From an uncultured Gemmatimonadales bacterium (GTDB lineage Bacteria; Gemmatimonadota; Gemmatimonadetes; Gemmatimonadales; GWC2-71-9), in contig CAVSQW010000007.1 in the NCBI GenBank assembly GCA_963730185.1, positions 640,001 through 704,000 of the forward strand: DNA of 64,000 bases, given 5' to 3'. Of this stretch, positions 42,764 to 51,541 are shown piece after piece. Numbering within the stretch: the stretch's first letter is position 1; each line of letters starts with the position of its first letter. The notes beneath the pieces were generated by a model. It made no database searches, was not told the origin of the DNA, and was given only the letters and a program-made list of their open reading frames with translations. The position numbers and the translations under genes were made by a program.

Positions 42764-45591
42764 GGGGCGCCGCCTCGGGCCAGCGTGACCCGGGTCCCGC
42801 CATCCGGCGCGGCGGTCCAGATGACCGACCCGCCGAGCGCGCGGGCCCGGCGGCGCATGCTCTCGCGGCCGAGGCCGTCCGAGCGGTCGTCGGCCGGGAG
42901 GCCGGCGCCATCGTCCTCGACCACCAGCCGCCAGGCCCGGGGTGTTCCGCCGAGGGAGAGCGTCACCTGCCGGGCTTGGGCGTGGCGGGCGGCGTTGTGC
43001 ATCGCCTCGAGTCCGATCAGGAGGACGCTTCGGCTGCCCGAGGAGTCCAGCCGAACATCGCCGGCCCACTGGGGCAGGTCGGCGGTGAAGCGGATGTCGT
43101 CGCCGGCGAAGAGGCGGGCCCCGTGCTCGGCCAGCCGGGCCGCGACATCGCCGAGGGTGCCGGCCCGGGGTCGAAGCGACCAGACCAGGTCGGAGAGGGA
43201 GGTGGCCAGCTCGCTCGCGATCTCGCCGATCGTGCCCGCCAGCGACCGCCCCTCCGGGTCGGTGTTCGGCCGATCCGCCAGGACGCCCGAGAGGATGCCG
43301 ATGCTGCCGAGTCCCGAGCCCAGCTCGTCGTGCAGGTCCATCGCGATCCGAGTGCGTTGCCGCTCGAGCCGGAGCAACATGGCCACCCGGGCGCGGTGTC
43401 CGAGATAGAGCAGCGCCGCCGCGGCAAGGGCGGCCAGGCCGAGCGCCCAGCCCTGCAGGTACCAGGGTGCCCGGACCGCGACCGAGAACGAGGCCGGCGT
43501 CGCCGACCAGTTCCGTCCGTCGAGCGAGGCGCGGACCTCGGCCCGATACTCCCCGGCGGGAAGATCGATCCAGCTGAACGAGGGACGACCGGTCTGATCG
43601 ATCCAGCCGCCGCCGGGCGTGAGGCGGACCTGGTACCGGACCCGGGTCGGGTCGCGGTACGAGAGGGCGGCGAAGCGGAGGTCGAGGCGATTGTGACGAT
43701 GGCGGAGCCGGACCGGAGCGTCCGGGGCAACGCGTGATCCGTCGACCAGGACGTCGATCAGGACCGGCTCGGGCGCCGCCAGCGGGCCCCGGCGGGCCGC
43801 GGCCGGCACCCGCGCGAGACCGAGTGAGGTCGCGACCCAGAGGGTACCGTCCGGGTCTTCGAGCACGTCCTGCCCTTCGGACGGGATGCCGTGCCAGGCG
43901 GTGAGTTCTTCCAGCACCTCCCAGCCCAGCGGCGAATCGAGGTTCTCTCGAACCCGAACCGGTGTCGCGAACCCGAGGATCCAGATGCCGCCGTCGCGCG
44001 AGGGGCGGAGGCCATAGACGGCCCGGGCCGAGAGCTGGCCGTTGCCGGGGTGCGGTTCCCACCGACCGTGATGCCGGCGCCAGACGCCCAGGCGCGACGA
44101 CCCGGCCCAGATCGAGCCGCTGGGCGTTTCCACCAGCCCCGTGATCTCGACCGCGCCGGGGATCGAGTCGCAGGCCCACTGCGCCCCGGTCGGTCGGCCG
44201 GTGGGCCGTTCGGTCCGGCAGACGGTCTCCTCGCCGGCCAGCCAGAACCGGCCGTCTCGGGCGTGGAGCAGCTGGCGTACCTCCGCCCCGGGCGGTAGGG
44301 GTGAGTCGGTCACGGTCCGGATCGGACCGCCGTCGCCGGGGGCGTGGAGAATCCCGTGATTGGTGGCGAGCCAGACGCCACCGGAACCGTCGTCCTCGAT
44401 GTCCCATTCGAGCCCGACGAACGGTCGCCGCCGGAGGGCCCGCCTCCCCGCGACCTCACGGAGCCCACCGGTGGTGGCGATCCAGAGCGTCTTCCGGGCA
44501 TCGAGGTGGAGCCGGGTTCGGCTGATCCACTCGTCGGGCAGGCTGCCGGCCACCCGGCCCGACGGCAGGTCGTCGACGTAGCCCAGACCCTGCCAGGTGC
44601 TGACGTAGACTCGAGACCCGGACCGGGCCAGGTAGCGCGTGTGGGCCGACGGGAGGCCGTGGCGGTCGTTCCAGAAGACCGTCTCCGGCTCCGGAAACTG
44701 GAGCAGGCCGCTGAAGGTGCCGAGCCAGAGGTCGCCCTCGCGGTCCACGAGGAGGGGGCCGCCCCCCTCGGGTATCTCGTCCGAGCCGATGACGGTCGAG
44801 CGCCCCGACGAATCGATCGCCGCCAGCCACCGGTCGAACGCGGCCCACACGGTCCCTCGACGCCGGACCACCGCGATCCCTCTTCCGAGGGGCGGGACCA
44901 CGGTCCTGACCCGGCCTCCGGTCGGGGCCACCACCCCGGCGTTCGAGGTGATGACCAGGGTATCACCTCGGGCGTCGACCACCACGCCGTTGGGACGGCC
45001 CACGGTCATGATCCGCCGGGTCGTCCCGTCGGCCTCGAGGCGCCAGAGGGCGACGTCGGTGCGGACCCAGACTCCCGGGCCAGGCGGTCCGTTGATCAGG
45101 AGAGGGCTCGCGCCGGCGAAGGCGGCGGGGGGCGCTTCCTGCCACTGGCCCGAGCTCGACCGCCAGCGCACCGAGCGCTGCCCGCCGACCCAAAGCGTGC
45201 CGTCGGTGTCGCACTGCACGCTGCCGGCCGAGGCCGCCTCGACCGTGCCGGTTCCGGCGACCGGCTCGGCCTCGGGACCCGCGATCCGGTAGAGGGTGCC
45301 GCCTTCCTCGATCGCGTAGAGCGTTCCGTCGGGACAGACGGTCAGGTCGTTGATCCAGCTCCGGAGCCGGGACGGAGACCAGCGGCGAACCTCCACGCCA
45401 TCCCAGCGGAGGAGCCCGCCGATGGTACCGATCCAGATGAAGCCGGCGCTGTCCTGGGCCAGACTCCGCACTGATCCGACCCGCACGCCCCCCAGCACGG
45501 CGAAGCGGCGCACCAGCCGGCTCTGGCCGTAGACCGGAGCGGCCGCGAGCACGAAGCCGAGGAACAGGACGAGCCGGCGCGCGAGAGGCAT
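42760..45591 (-). CDS. Sensor histidine kinase with periplasmic beta-propeller + Y_Y_Y domain, HisKA_3
   Basis: QDSAGFIWIGT, VDREGDLWLGT, EDPDGTLWVAT repeats; DLPAGEYRAEVRA; RIAMDLHDELG; EAMHNAARHA; DDGAG; GLGRESM. Confidence 0.93.
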   Translation of the reverse strand: MPLARRLVLFLGFVLAAAPVYGQSRLVRRFAVLGGVRVGSVRSLAQDSAGFIWIGTIGGLLRWDGVEVRRWSPSRLRSWINDLTVCPDGTLYAIEEGGTLYRIAGPEAEPVAGTGTVEAASAGSVQCDTDGTLWVGGQRSVRWRSSSGQWQEAPPAAFAGASPLLINGPPGPGVWVRTDVALWRLEADGTTRRIMTVGRPNGVVVDARGDTLVITSNAGVVAPTGGRVRTVVPPLGRGIAVVRRRGTVWAAFDRWLAAIDSSGRSTVIGSDEIPEGGGPLLVDREGDLWLGTFSGLLQFPEPETVFWNDRHGLPSAHTRYLARSGSRVYVSTWQGLGYVDDLPSGRVAGSLPDEWISRTRLHLDARKTLWIATTGGLREVAGRRALRRRPFVGLEWDIEDDGSGGVWLATNHGILHAPGDGGPIRTVTDSPLPPGAEVRQLLHARDGRFWLAGEETVCRTERPTGRPTGAQWACDSIPGAVEITGLVETPSGSIWAGSSRLGVWRRHHGRWEPHPGNGQLSARAVYGLRPSRDGGIWILGFATPVRVRENLDSPLGWEVLEELTAWHGIPSEGQDVLEDPDGTLWVATSLGLARVPAAARRGPLAAPEPVLIDVLVDGSRVAPDAPVRLRHRHNRLDLRFAALSYRDPTRVRYQVRLTPGGGWIDQTGRPSFSWIDLPAGEYRAEVRASLDGRNWSATPASFSVAVRAPWYLQGWALGLAALAAAALLYLGHRARVAMLLRLERQRTRIAMDLHDELGSGLGSIGILSGVLADRPNTDPEGRSLAGTIGEIASELATSLSDLVWSLRPRAGTLGDVAARLAEHGARLFAGDDIRFTADLPQWAGDVRLDSSGSRSVLLIGLEAMHNAARHAQARQVTLSLGGTPRAWRLVVEDDGAGLPADDRSDGLGRESMRRRARALGGSVIWTAAPDGGTRVTLARGGAP

Positions 45592-45599
45592 GGGGATGG

Positions 45600-45845
45600 A
45601 GGGAAGGTGGGGCGGGTGGGCGCGGGCGGGAAGGGGCGGGGGAGGCGGGGAGAGATGGGAGAGACGGGGAGGGGGACGGGTGGTCGGATCATACTAGATC
45701 TCCCCTCACACCCCTCCCCATCTCTCCCCGCCTCTCCCCATCTCTCCCCATCTCTCCCCATCTCTCCCCATCTCTCCCCATCTCTCCCCATCTCTCCCCG
45801 TCTCTCCCCGTCTCTCCCCGTCTCTCCCCATCCCTCCCGATCTCC
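45600..45845. repeat. Polypurine/polypyrimidine VNTR: about 13 x TCTCTCCCCR with inverted partial copies
   Basis: 45711-45840 tandem 10-mers; 45641-45680 carries reverse-complement units (GGGGAGAGATGGGAGAGACGGGG). Confidence 0.9.
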
Positions 45846-45857
45846 CTCGACTCGTCC

Positions 45858-48800
45858 CTAGAATCCCGGCACGAGACTCAACTGAAACATCCACCCCTTG
45901 TCCGGGCGATCGAGCGGGCGGACCAGGGCACCTTCCACCACGGCGAAGCCGAGCAGGTTGACCCGGAGCGCCACGCCGGTGCTGAAGACCGGGCGCCGGC
46001 CCCCGTTCGAGAGGGACAGCGGATGGGCGTTGTCCCAGGCCCAGCCGCCGTCCGCGAACAGGGCGATCTCGGTCGGCAGCGGACCGCCGTAGTAGCCGCT
46101 CCCGATGCCCAGCAGGCGGAAGAGCGGGGCGCGAACCTCGAGGTTGCCGACCAGGATCCGGCTCCCCACCAGTTGATCGAAGGCCGGACAAGCCTGGGGG
46201 TCGGCGGCCGTGGGATGACACTCGTTGGCCGAGAACGACCCGATGGTGTAGCCCCGGACCAGCCCCTGGTAGCCGAGGAAGAGGGGCGCGAGGCGCCGGT
46301 CTTCCGCGTCGCCGCCGTAGCGACCGTAGTGCATGATCCGTGCGGCCACCGTCACCGGCGAAAAGGGCGTCAGGTACTCCCGGGCGTCGCCCAGGACGGT
46401 GGCGAAGGTGAGGGAGCCGATGGTCGGGGTGATCTCGAGCCGGGCTCGTGAGCCCTTGAGCGGGCTGGTCGCGCCGAGGATGGCGTTGTCATGCACCAAG
46501 GCGGCGCTCATTTGGCCGAGATTGAGCGACGAGGGCGCCGGGAGATTCTGCTTGTCGTTGATCAGGAGCTGCCCGGTGGTGAGCGAATAGGCCCGGGTCT
46601 GCTGCTGGATGTCGAACCCGATGTTCTGATAGGCGACCCAGGTCTCGGCCCGATCGAACCGATTGAAGGGATAGGACACGCCGAAGCTCAGCTGGCGATA
46701 GGTCTGCCGGTAGAGCAGCGACTGCTGGACCAGCGCCCCCTGGCCGTTGACGGTGTCGGTGCCGACCGCGAAGGCGCCGGTGCGGATCGGCTGCTGCTGC
46801 GCCTCGATGGCCCAGTTGGCGCGGTGCGCGAGCGAGGTGTACCCCACCTGGGCGGCGATGTCTTTGAGCCCGCCGTTCACCTGGAGACCGGTCACCAGGT
46901 TCTTCCGGCCGAGGAGGTCGCCGAAGTAGAGCGCGGTGCCGCCGCCGACGTAGGTCCCGAATTGGTCGGCGCCGAAGGCGAAGGTCGGCGGGGCGACGTA
47001 GTCGAGATGGAGGTCGCCGTCGTACGGATGGACCGGAAACGAGTCGCTCGCGGGTAGCCCGTCGACCGGATTGGCCTGGAGTGACAGGACTTCCTCGCCG
47101 TGGCGCGCGACCGGCGGGAGAATCGCGGCGTCGCCGTGGCGGCGGGGGGTGGCCGCGAGGGTGGCGCCGTCCTGGGACGCCTCCCGGCGGTAGATGTCGT
47201 ACCCGTCGCCGTTGAAGACGCTGATGGCCAGGGTGCCGGTCTTCGACGCGACCGAGAGGGCCGGGCTCAGGGGAGTGATGCCGCTCACCCCGGAGTAGAG
47301 GTCGGTGACCTGTCCGATGGTATCGCGCGCCAGGTCGGCCCGGTACACGTTGGCGATGCCGTCGCGGTTGGCCACGAAGTAGAGGGCCTGGCCGTCGGGC
47401 GCCCACTCGGGGTTCACGTTGTCGGCGTCCGGGAACGACGGCGCCGGGGTGATCCGCTTGGTCACGGGGTCGATATAGGCCAGCCGGTAATGGCCCGGGG
47501 CCAGCTCCTTCAGGTTGGCCGAGTAGCGGTCGGTGGTGAAGGCGATCCGGCGTCCGTCGGGCGACCAGGCGGGGTGGAGGTCGGCCCACGCGTCGTGGGT
47601 CAGCCGCCGGCGGTTGCCGGTGTCGAGGTCCACCACGAACAAGTCGGTGAGGCCGCCGATCAGGCCCGAGAACGCGATCGAATGCCCATCGGGCGACCAG
47701 GTGGGGTTGAAGATCTCGCCCAGGTCGTCGAAGTGGAGTTCGCGCGACACGGCTCGCCGGTCCACATCCCAGATCGAGATCATCGGCCGCCCGTGCGAGA
47801 CGCCGGCGAACGCGAACCGGTGTCCGTCCCCGCTCCAGGCGCCGGCCGAGTTGATGAACTCGAGGCTCTGGAAGTGGGGATCGAGGGCCGAGTTGGTGAG
47901 CCGGGTTCGGATGGCGCCGGTCTTGGCGCTGGCGTAGTAGAGCTCGACCGAGAAGAGGTCGCGGGACGAGAGGTACATCACCGACTGGCCGTCGGGGCTG
48001 AGCACGGGCGCGAGATTGAGCGTGGTGGAATCCCCGAGGCCGGTGACCGGGCTCCAGCCCGAGCGGTCGGGCCGGCGGTCGGTGACCGAGGCGAGGTCGC
48101 GATTGGCGGCTTCCAAGGACGCCCGCCAGCGGGCCACCAGGGTGTCGGGCGGTACCCGGAGCACCGAGTCGACCGCCCGAGCAAGATCGCGAATCCGGCC
48201 GCCCCGCCGGAGCAGCTGGGCGAGGGCGTCGTCGCCCCAGGTCCCGCCGACGTAGGCCAGGAGCGCCTGGCCGAACCGGTAGGGGAAGTACCGGGGGTCG
48301 TCGACGTCGCCGAACGTCTTGGGAAAGCGGCTTTCGATCGCGGTGCGCATCCACATGGCGGTCAAGGGGTCGTTGGGACCCTTCGACAGGTATTCGGCCA
48401 TGCCCTCGGTGAACCAGAGGGGCAGGGCGTTCACGCCGGGGCTGAGGCGGGAGTTCATCCGGCCCTCGTGGCCGGTGATGTCGTATTGGAAAGCGTGGAC
48501 CAGCTCGTGGCCGATCACGTGGTTGGTCTCTTCGATCGTGCCGGCCAGCGGGAGGACGATCCGACGTTTGAGCGGCTCGGTGAAGCCGCCGGTCCCTTCG
48601 CCGAGCTGGCCGGAGGTGGTGTTGGTCTGCTCGAACTCCGGATGGCTGGCGTAGAGGATCAGCGGCTGCCGCCCGCTGAGGTCATGATGGAAGAACGTGG
48701 CCAGGCGGGCGTACCACCGCTCGGCCATCCGGGCCGCCTGAGTGGCCGCCTGACGCTCTTCCGGGTAGAAGTAGACGTCGAAATGCTTGGTCTTGAGAAC

Positions 48801-48923
48801 CTGGAACGCGAAGGAGCGGTACTGAACCTTGTTCTGCCCGAAGTACTGGGCCTGGAGCGGCGGAGCCGCGACCCCGCATATAACGACGCCGATCATGGCG
48901 ATGACGCGACGTGAGCTGAGCAC
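45858..48923 (-). CDS. Zinc-peptidase-like + PD40 propeller + Omp85/BamA-type barrel fusion protein
   Basis: QYFGQNKVQY; HELVH...WFTEGMAEY; many WSPDG repeats; barrel with LVRGY; C-terminal Phe. Start 48923 (GTG) or 48896. Confidence 0.88.
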   Translation of the reverse strand: MLSSRRVIAMIGVVICGVAAPPLQAQYFGQNKVQYRSFAFQVLKTKHFDVYFYPEERQAATQAARMAERWYARLATFFHHDLSGRQPLILYASHPEFEQTNTTSGQLGEGTGGFTEPLKRRIVLPLAGTIEETNHVIGHELVHAFQYDITGHEGRMNSRLSPGVNALPLWFTEGMAEYLSKGPNDPLTAMWMRTAIESRFPKTFGDVDDPRYFPYRFGQALLAYVGGTWGDDALAQLLRRGGRIRDLARAVDSVLRVPPDTLVARWRASLEAANRDLASVTDRRPDRSGWSPVTGLGDSTTLNLAPVLSPDGQSVMYLSSRDLFSVELYYASAKTGAIRTRLTNSALDPHFQSLEFINSAGAWSGDGHRFAFAGVSHGRPMISIWDVDRRAVSRELHFDDLGEIFNPTWSPDGHSIAFSGLIGGLTDLFVVDLDTGNRRRLTHDAWADLHPAWSPDGRRIAFTTDRYSANLKELAPGHYRLAYIDPVTKRITPAPSFPDADNVNPEWAPDGQALYFVANRDGIANVYRADLARDTIGQVTDLYSGVSGITPLSPALSVASKTGTLAISVFNGDGYDIYRREASQDGATLAATPRRHGDAAILPPVARHGEEVLSLQANPVDGLPASDSFPVHPYDGDLHLDYVAPPTFAFGADQFGTYVGGGTALYFGDLLGRKNLVTGLQVNGGLKDIAAQVGYTSLAHRANWAIEAQQQPIRTGAFAVGTDTVNGQGALVQQSLLYRQTYRQLSFGVSYPFNRFDRAETWVAYQNIGFDIQQQTRAYSLTTGQLLINDKQNLPAPSSLNLGQMSAALVHDNAILGATSPLKGSRARLEITPTIGSLTFATVLGDAREYLTPFSPVTVAARIMHYGRYGGDAEDRRLAPLFLGYQGLVRGYTIGSFSANECHPTAADPQACPAFDQLVGSRILVGNLEVRAPLFRLLGIGSGYYGGPLPTEIALFADGGWAWDNAHPLSLSNGGRRPVFSTGVALRVNLLGFAVVEGALVRPLDRPDKGWMFQLSLVPGF

Positions 48924-48985
48924 CTTCCCAACCCTCCCATAACCCGCTTGCCCCGAGTCGGGCGGCGGACCTCCGTTGGTGTGAG

Positions 48986-49138
48986 CGTGTCCGGACGGAC
49001 ACGGAGTCCGGGTAGGCCCCGTGTCCATCCGGACACGAAGGGCCATGGGCCGCGACCGGCGCCGACGGCTCAACTCGTTGCTTTTCAAGCTGTTGCACGT
49101 TCGGCCTCCGGTCGGACGGTCGTGGCCATCCACTTGCC
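48986..49138 (+). promoter_or_regulatory. sigma54 promoter with two palindromic enhancer sites and an IHF-like site
   Basis: CGTGTCC-N4-GGACACG at 48986 and 49020; TTTCAAGCTGTTG at 49083; TGGCCATCCACTTGCC at 49123. Confidence 0.7.
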
Positions 49139-49203
49139 TTCATCAGGGGTGACCGGATTGACCCCAGGCGTTTGCACAACGCCGACACCATGAGGAGGAT
49201 GCC

Positions 49204-50235
49204 ATGCCCCGCGCCATCGCCCGTCCCGACCACCGTCCCATCGTCTTCGCCGCCGCCCTCGCGCTACTGCCGCTCGGCCTCGTCGGGTGCGGCCAGGACA
49301 AGACTCCTCCCAAGCCCGTGGTGGCCGTGGCAACGCCCACCCCGCCGTCCGAGCCGAAGGTGATCCCCGCCGGCGGCCTGCCGCCGGTCGAGAAGACCAC
49401 CCCACCGGCCACCCCGCTGACCAGCTTCGCCGAGGCCGAGACCGCCTACCACGAGGGCCGGGTCGACGAGGCCAAACGGTACTTCGAGGAGTACGTCACC
49501 TCGAAGCCCGACAATCCGTGGGGATTCTACATGCTGGGGCTCGCCGCCTCGCGAACCGGCGACCTGGCCGAAGCGGAGAAGGCGTTCGAGACATCGCTCG
49601 GGCTCGAGCCCAAGAGCGTCAAGACCCATCGGAACCTGACCCGGGTCCTGCTCGATCTCGGCCGCAACAACGAGGCGCTCGAGGAGAGCGAGGTGGCCCT
49701 GACGCTCGACTCCACGTCGGCCGAGAGCTTCCGGCTCAAGGCCCGGGCCCAGGCCAAGCTCGGTGACCCGACGTCGGCGATCGAGACCTACCGCGAGGCG
49801 CTGGCGGTCGACGACAAGGACGTCTGGTCGATGAACAACCTCGGGCTGATCTACCTCGACCAGGGCCGTCCCGACGACGCGCTGGGACCGTTGGCCCGGG
49901 CGGTGGAGCTCAAGGGCACCGCGCCGGTGTTCCAGAACAACCTCGGCATGGCGCTGGAGCGGGCCGGCTTCCCGGTCGCCGCCAAAGAGGCCTACCAGCG
50001 GGCGGTCAAGGCCGACAGCAGCTACACCAAGGCCGTGAAGAACCTGGAGCGGATCGGCGGCGTGGTGGGCGACACCACCAGGGACGCCGGCGTGAACCTC
50101 TCCGAGATGGCCGAGGTGTTTCGTCTCAACGTGCAGATGTGGAAGGACAGCAAGGGCCAGCCGCCGGTGGAGGAGCCGCCGATGATTCGGGACTCCGTCC
50201 CCGACATCGCGGTGCCGGACACCACCGGCCGGTGA
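49204..50235 (+). CDS. TPR-repeat lipoprotein
   Basis: GAGGAGG RBS; GLVG|C lipobox; about 6 TPRs (NNLG motifs). Confidence 0.9.
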   Translation: MPRAIARPDHRPIVFAAALALLPLGLVGCGQDKTPPKPVVAVATPTPPSEPKVIPAGGLPPVEKTTPPATPLTSFAEAETAYHEGRVDEAKRYFEEYVTSKPDNPWGFYMLGLAASRTGDLAEAEKAFETSLGLEPKSVKTHRNLTRVLLDLGRNNEALEESEVALTLDSTSAESFRLKARAQAKLGDPTSAIETYREALAVDDKDVWSMNNLGLIYLDQGRPDDALGPLARAVELKGTAPVFQNNLGMALERAGFPVAAKEAYQRAVKADSSYTKAVKNLERIGGVVGDTTRDAGVNLSEMAEVFRLNVQMWKDSKGQPPVEEPPMIRDSVPDIAVPDTTGR

Positions 50236-50597
50236 GGCCGAGCGGGGCAGGGTCGAGCGGGGTTCCGCGGGTGCGCGGGGCCCCGCCCATCATTGACGAG
50301 TCCCACCGCGAAGCCCTCGAGTCCGAATACGGCGAGGCCGCCCACCGCAGGTCTCAGCGAGGCCGGAGTCGTCATTGCCCAGAAGGCCGCCGCCTCTCAG
50401 AAGCCAGAACAGCAGCCCGTCGAGGTGCCTTGGGCCGCGGTGACGATCAGGACCTCGATCGTGACTCGGGGGCCCACGCGAAGCGGCCGACGGATCGGGG
50501 CCTGGCGTCCTCCGAGGCCGCACTTGCCATCGTGCGAGCGGCGGCGGATTGAAACACGTTCGGGGTCCAGCACCTCGCGCCCCCGTGGGCGGAGGCC

Positions 50598-50613
50598 CGG
50601 AATGACTCGTGCA
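50598..50613 (+). promoter_or_regulatory. Putative sigma54 promoter
   Basis: CGGAATGACTCGTGCA, GG-N10-GC, upstream of the small stress-type genes. Confidence 0.4.
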
Positions 50614-50685
50614 AGGATACGGGGGTAGCGAGCCTCCTCTCACCAGACCGGTCCGTTCGACCGGCCTCAAGCGGAAGCAGTCAAC

Positions 50686-50982
50686 CTGAAACAGTCGCGC
50701 GATCAATTCATCCAGGAAACCAAGCGGCGCCTCGACGTCCTGAACGCCCGCCTTGCTGAAATCGAAGCCAAGGCCCGTGACGTAAGGACCTCGGTGAGCA
50801 CGGCGGTCGCCACCCAAGCCGCCGAACTTCATCGCCGTCGGGACGAGCTTCGGAGCAAGCTGACGCAACTGTCGATTGCGGGTGCGGACGCAGGGGAGCG
50901 GCTCAAGGACGGCGTGGAGGAGGCCGCCTCGGCTCTCGAGCGGGCCTTCGACGAGGCGGAGGCGGAGGTCCGGAGCGCCTGA
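50686..50982 (+). CDS. Coiled-coil small protein resembling sll1863-like family (probable CTG start)
   Basis: KQSRDQFIQETKRRLDVLNARLAEIEAKA...LKDGVEEAASALERAF; in-frame TAG at 50626 limits the start. Confidence 0.65.
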   Translation: MKQSRDQFIQETKRRLDVLNARLAEIEAKARDVRTSVSTAVATQAAELHRRRDELRSKLTQLSIAGADAGERLKDGVEEAASALERAFDEAEAEVRSA

Positions 50983-51028
50983 CGTCCACGTCACCGATTG
51001 GAGCCTCAGGCCAACAGGGAGAAGGGTC

Positions 51029-51331
51029 ATGCCACAGCAGACTTGGAGTCAACGCGACGAACGAATCTACGAGCACGTCAAGCAGAGTGAGCGAGGTCGA
51101 GGCCGGGGCGCGGACCGGGCGGCCGAAATTGCCGCTCGAACCGTGAACCAGGAACGACGGAGAGAGGGCCGGACCGAAAACCGGCAGACGATGGGAACTG
51201 GAAACCCCAATACGTCCCTGGAAGACCGGACCGTGCCGCAGCTCCGCAATCGGGCTCGCGAGCTGGACATCGACGGCCGGAGCACCATGCGGAAGGCGGA
51301 GTTGATCGACGCGATCCGGACGGCAAGCTAG
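51029..51331 (+). CDS. Small protein with C-terminal Rho-N-like nucleic-acid-binding motif
   Basis: WSQRDERIYEHVKQS...AAEIAARTVN; TVPQLRNRARELDIDGRSTMRKAELIDAI. Confidence 0.85.
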   Translation: MPQQTWSQRDERIYEHVKQSERGRGRGADRAAEIAARTVNQERRREGRTENRQTMGTGNPNTSLEDRTVPQLRNRARELDIDGRSTMRKAELIDAIRTAS

Positions 51332-51356
51332 GACGGAACGGATCCTGGCCGCTCCT

Positions 51357-51408
51357 CACGTGAGCCTGAGTGGAGGGACCGACACGTGAGCCTGAGTGGA
51401 GGGACCGA
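51357..51408 (+). repeat. Perfect 26-bp tandem duplication containing an RBS
   Basis: CACGTGAGCCTGAGTGGAGGGACCGA x2 immediately before ATG 51410. Confidence 0.85.
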
Positions 51409-51409
51409 C

Positions 51410-51541
51410 ATGGACTGGTGGGCCTGGATTCTGATTGCTCTCGCCGCAGTGATTCTGCTCTCTCGTCCATCGCCGGGTACCCCGCGATCAAGCGCCATCT
51501 GCGAATGCGGAGCATGGAGAGGGGAGTGCCGGGGGAACTAG
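51410..51541 (+). CDS. Small membrane protein (possibly frameshifted near 51460)
   Basis: GGAGG RBS; MDWWAWILIALAAVILL. A shifted frame continues SIAGYPAIKRHLRMRSM. Confidence 0.55.
   Translation: MDWWAWILIALAAVILLSRPSPGTPRSSAICECGAWRGECRGN

Noticed and set aside
45711..45840. Repeat array as CRISPR
   Set aside because: Contiguous 10-mers with no spacers, and no cas genes.
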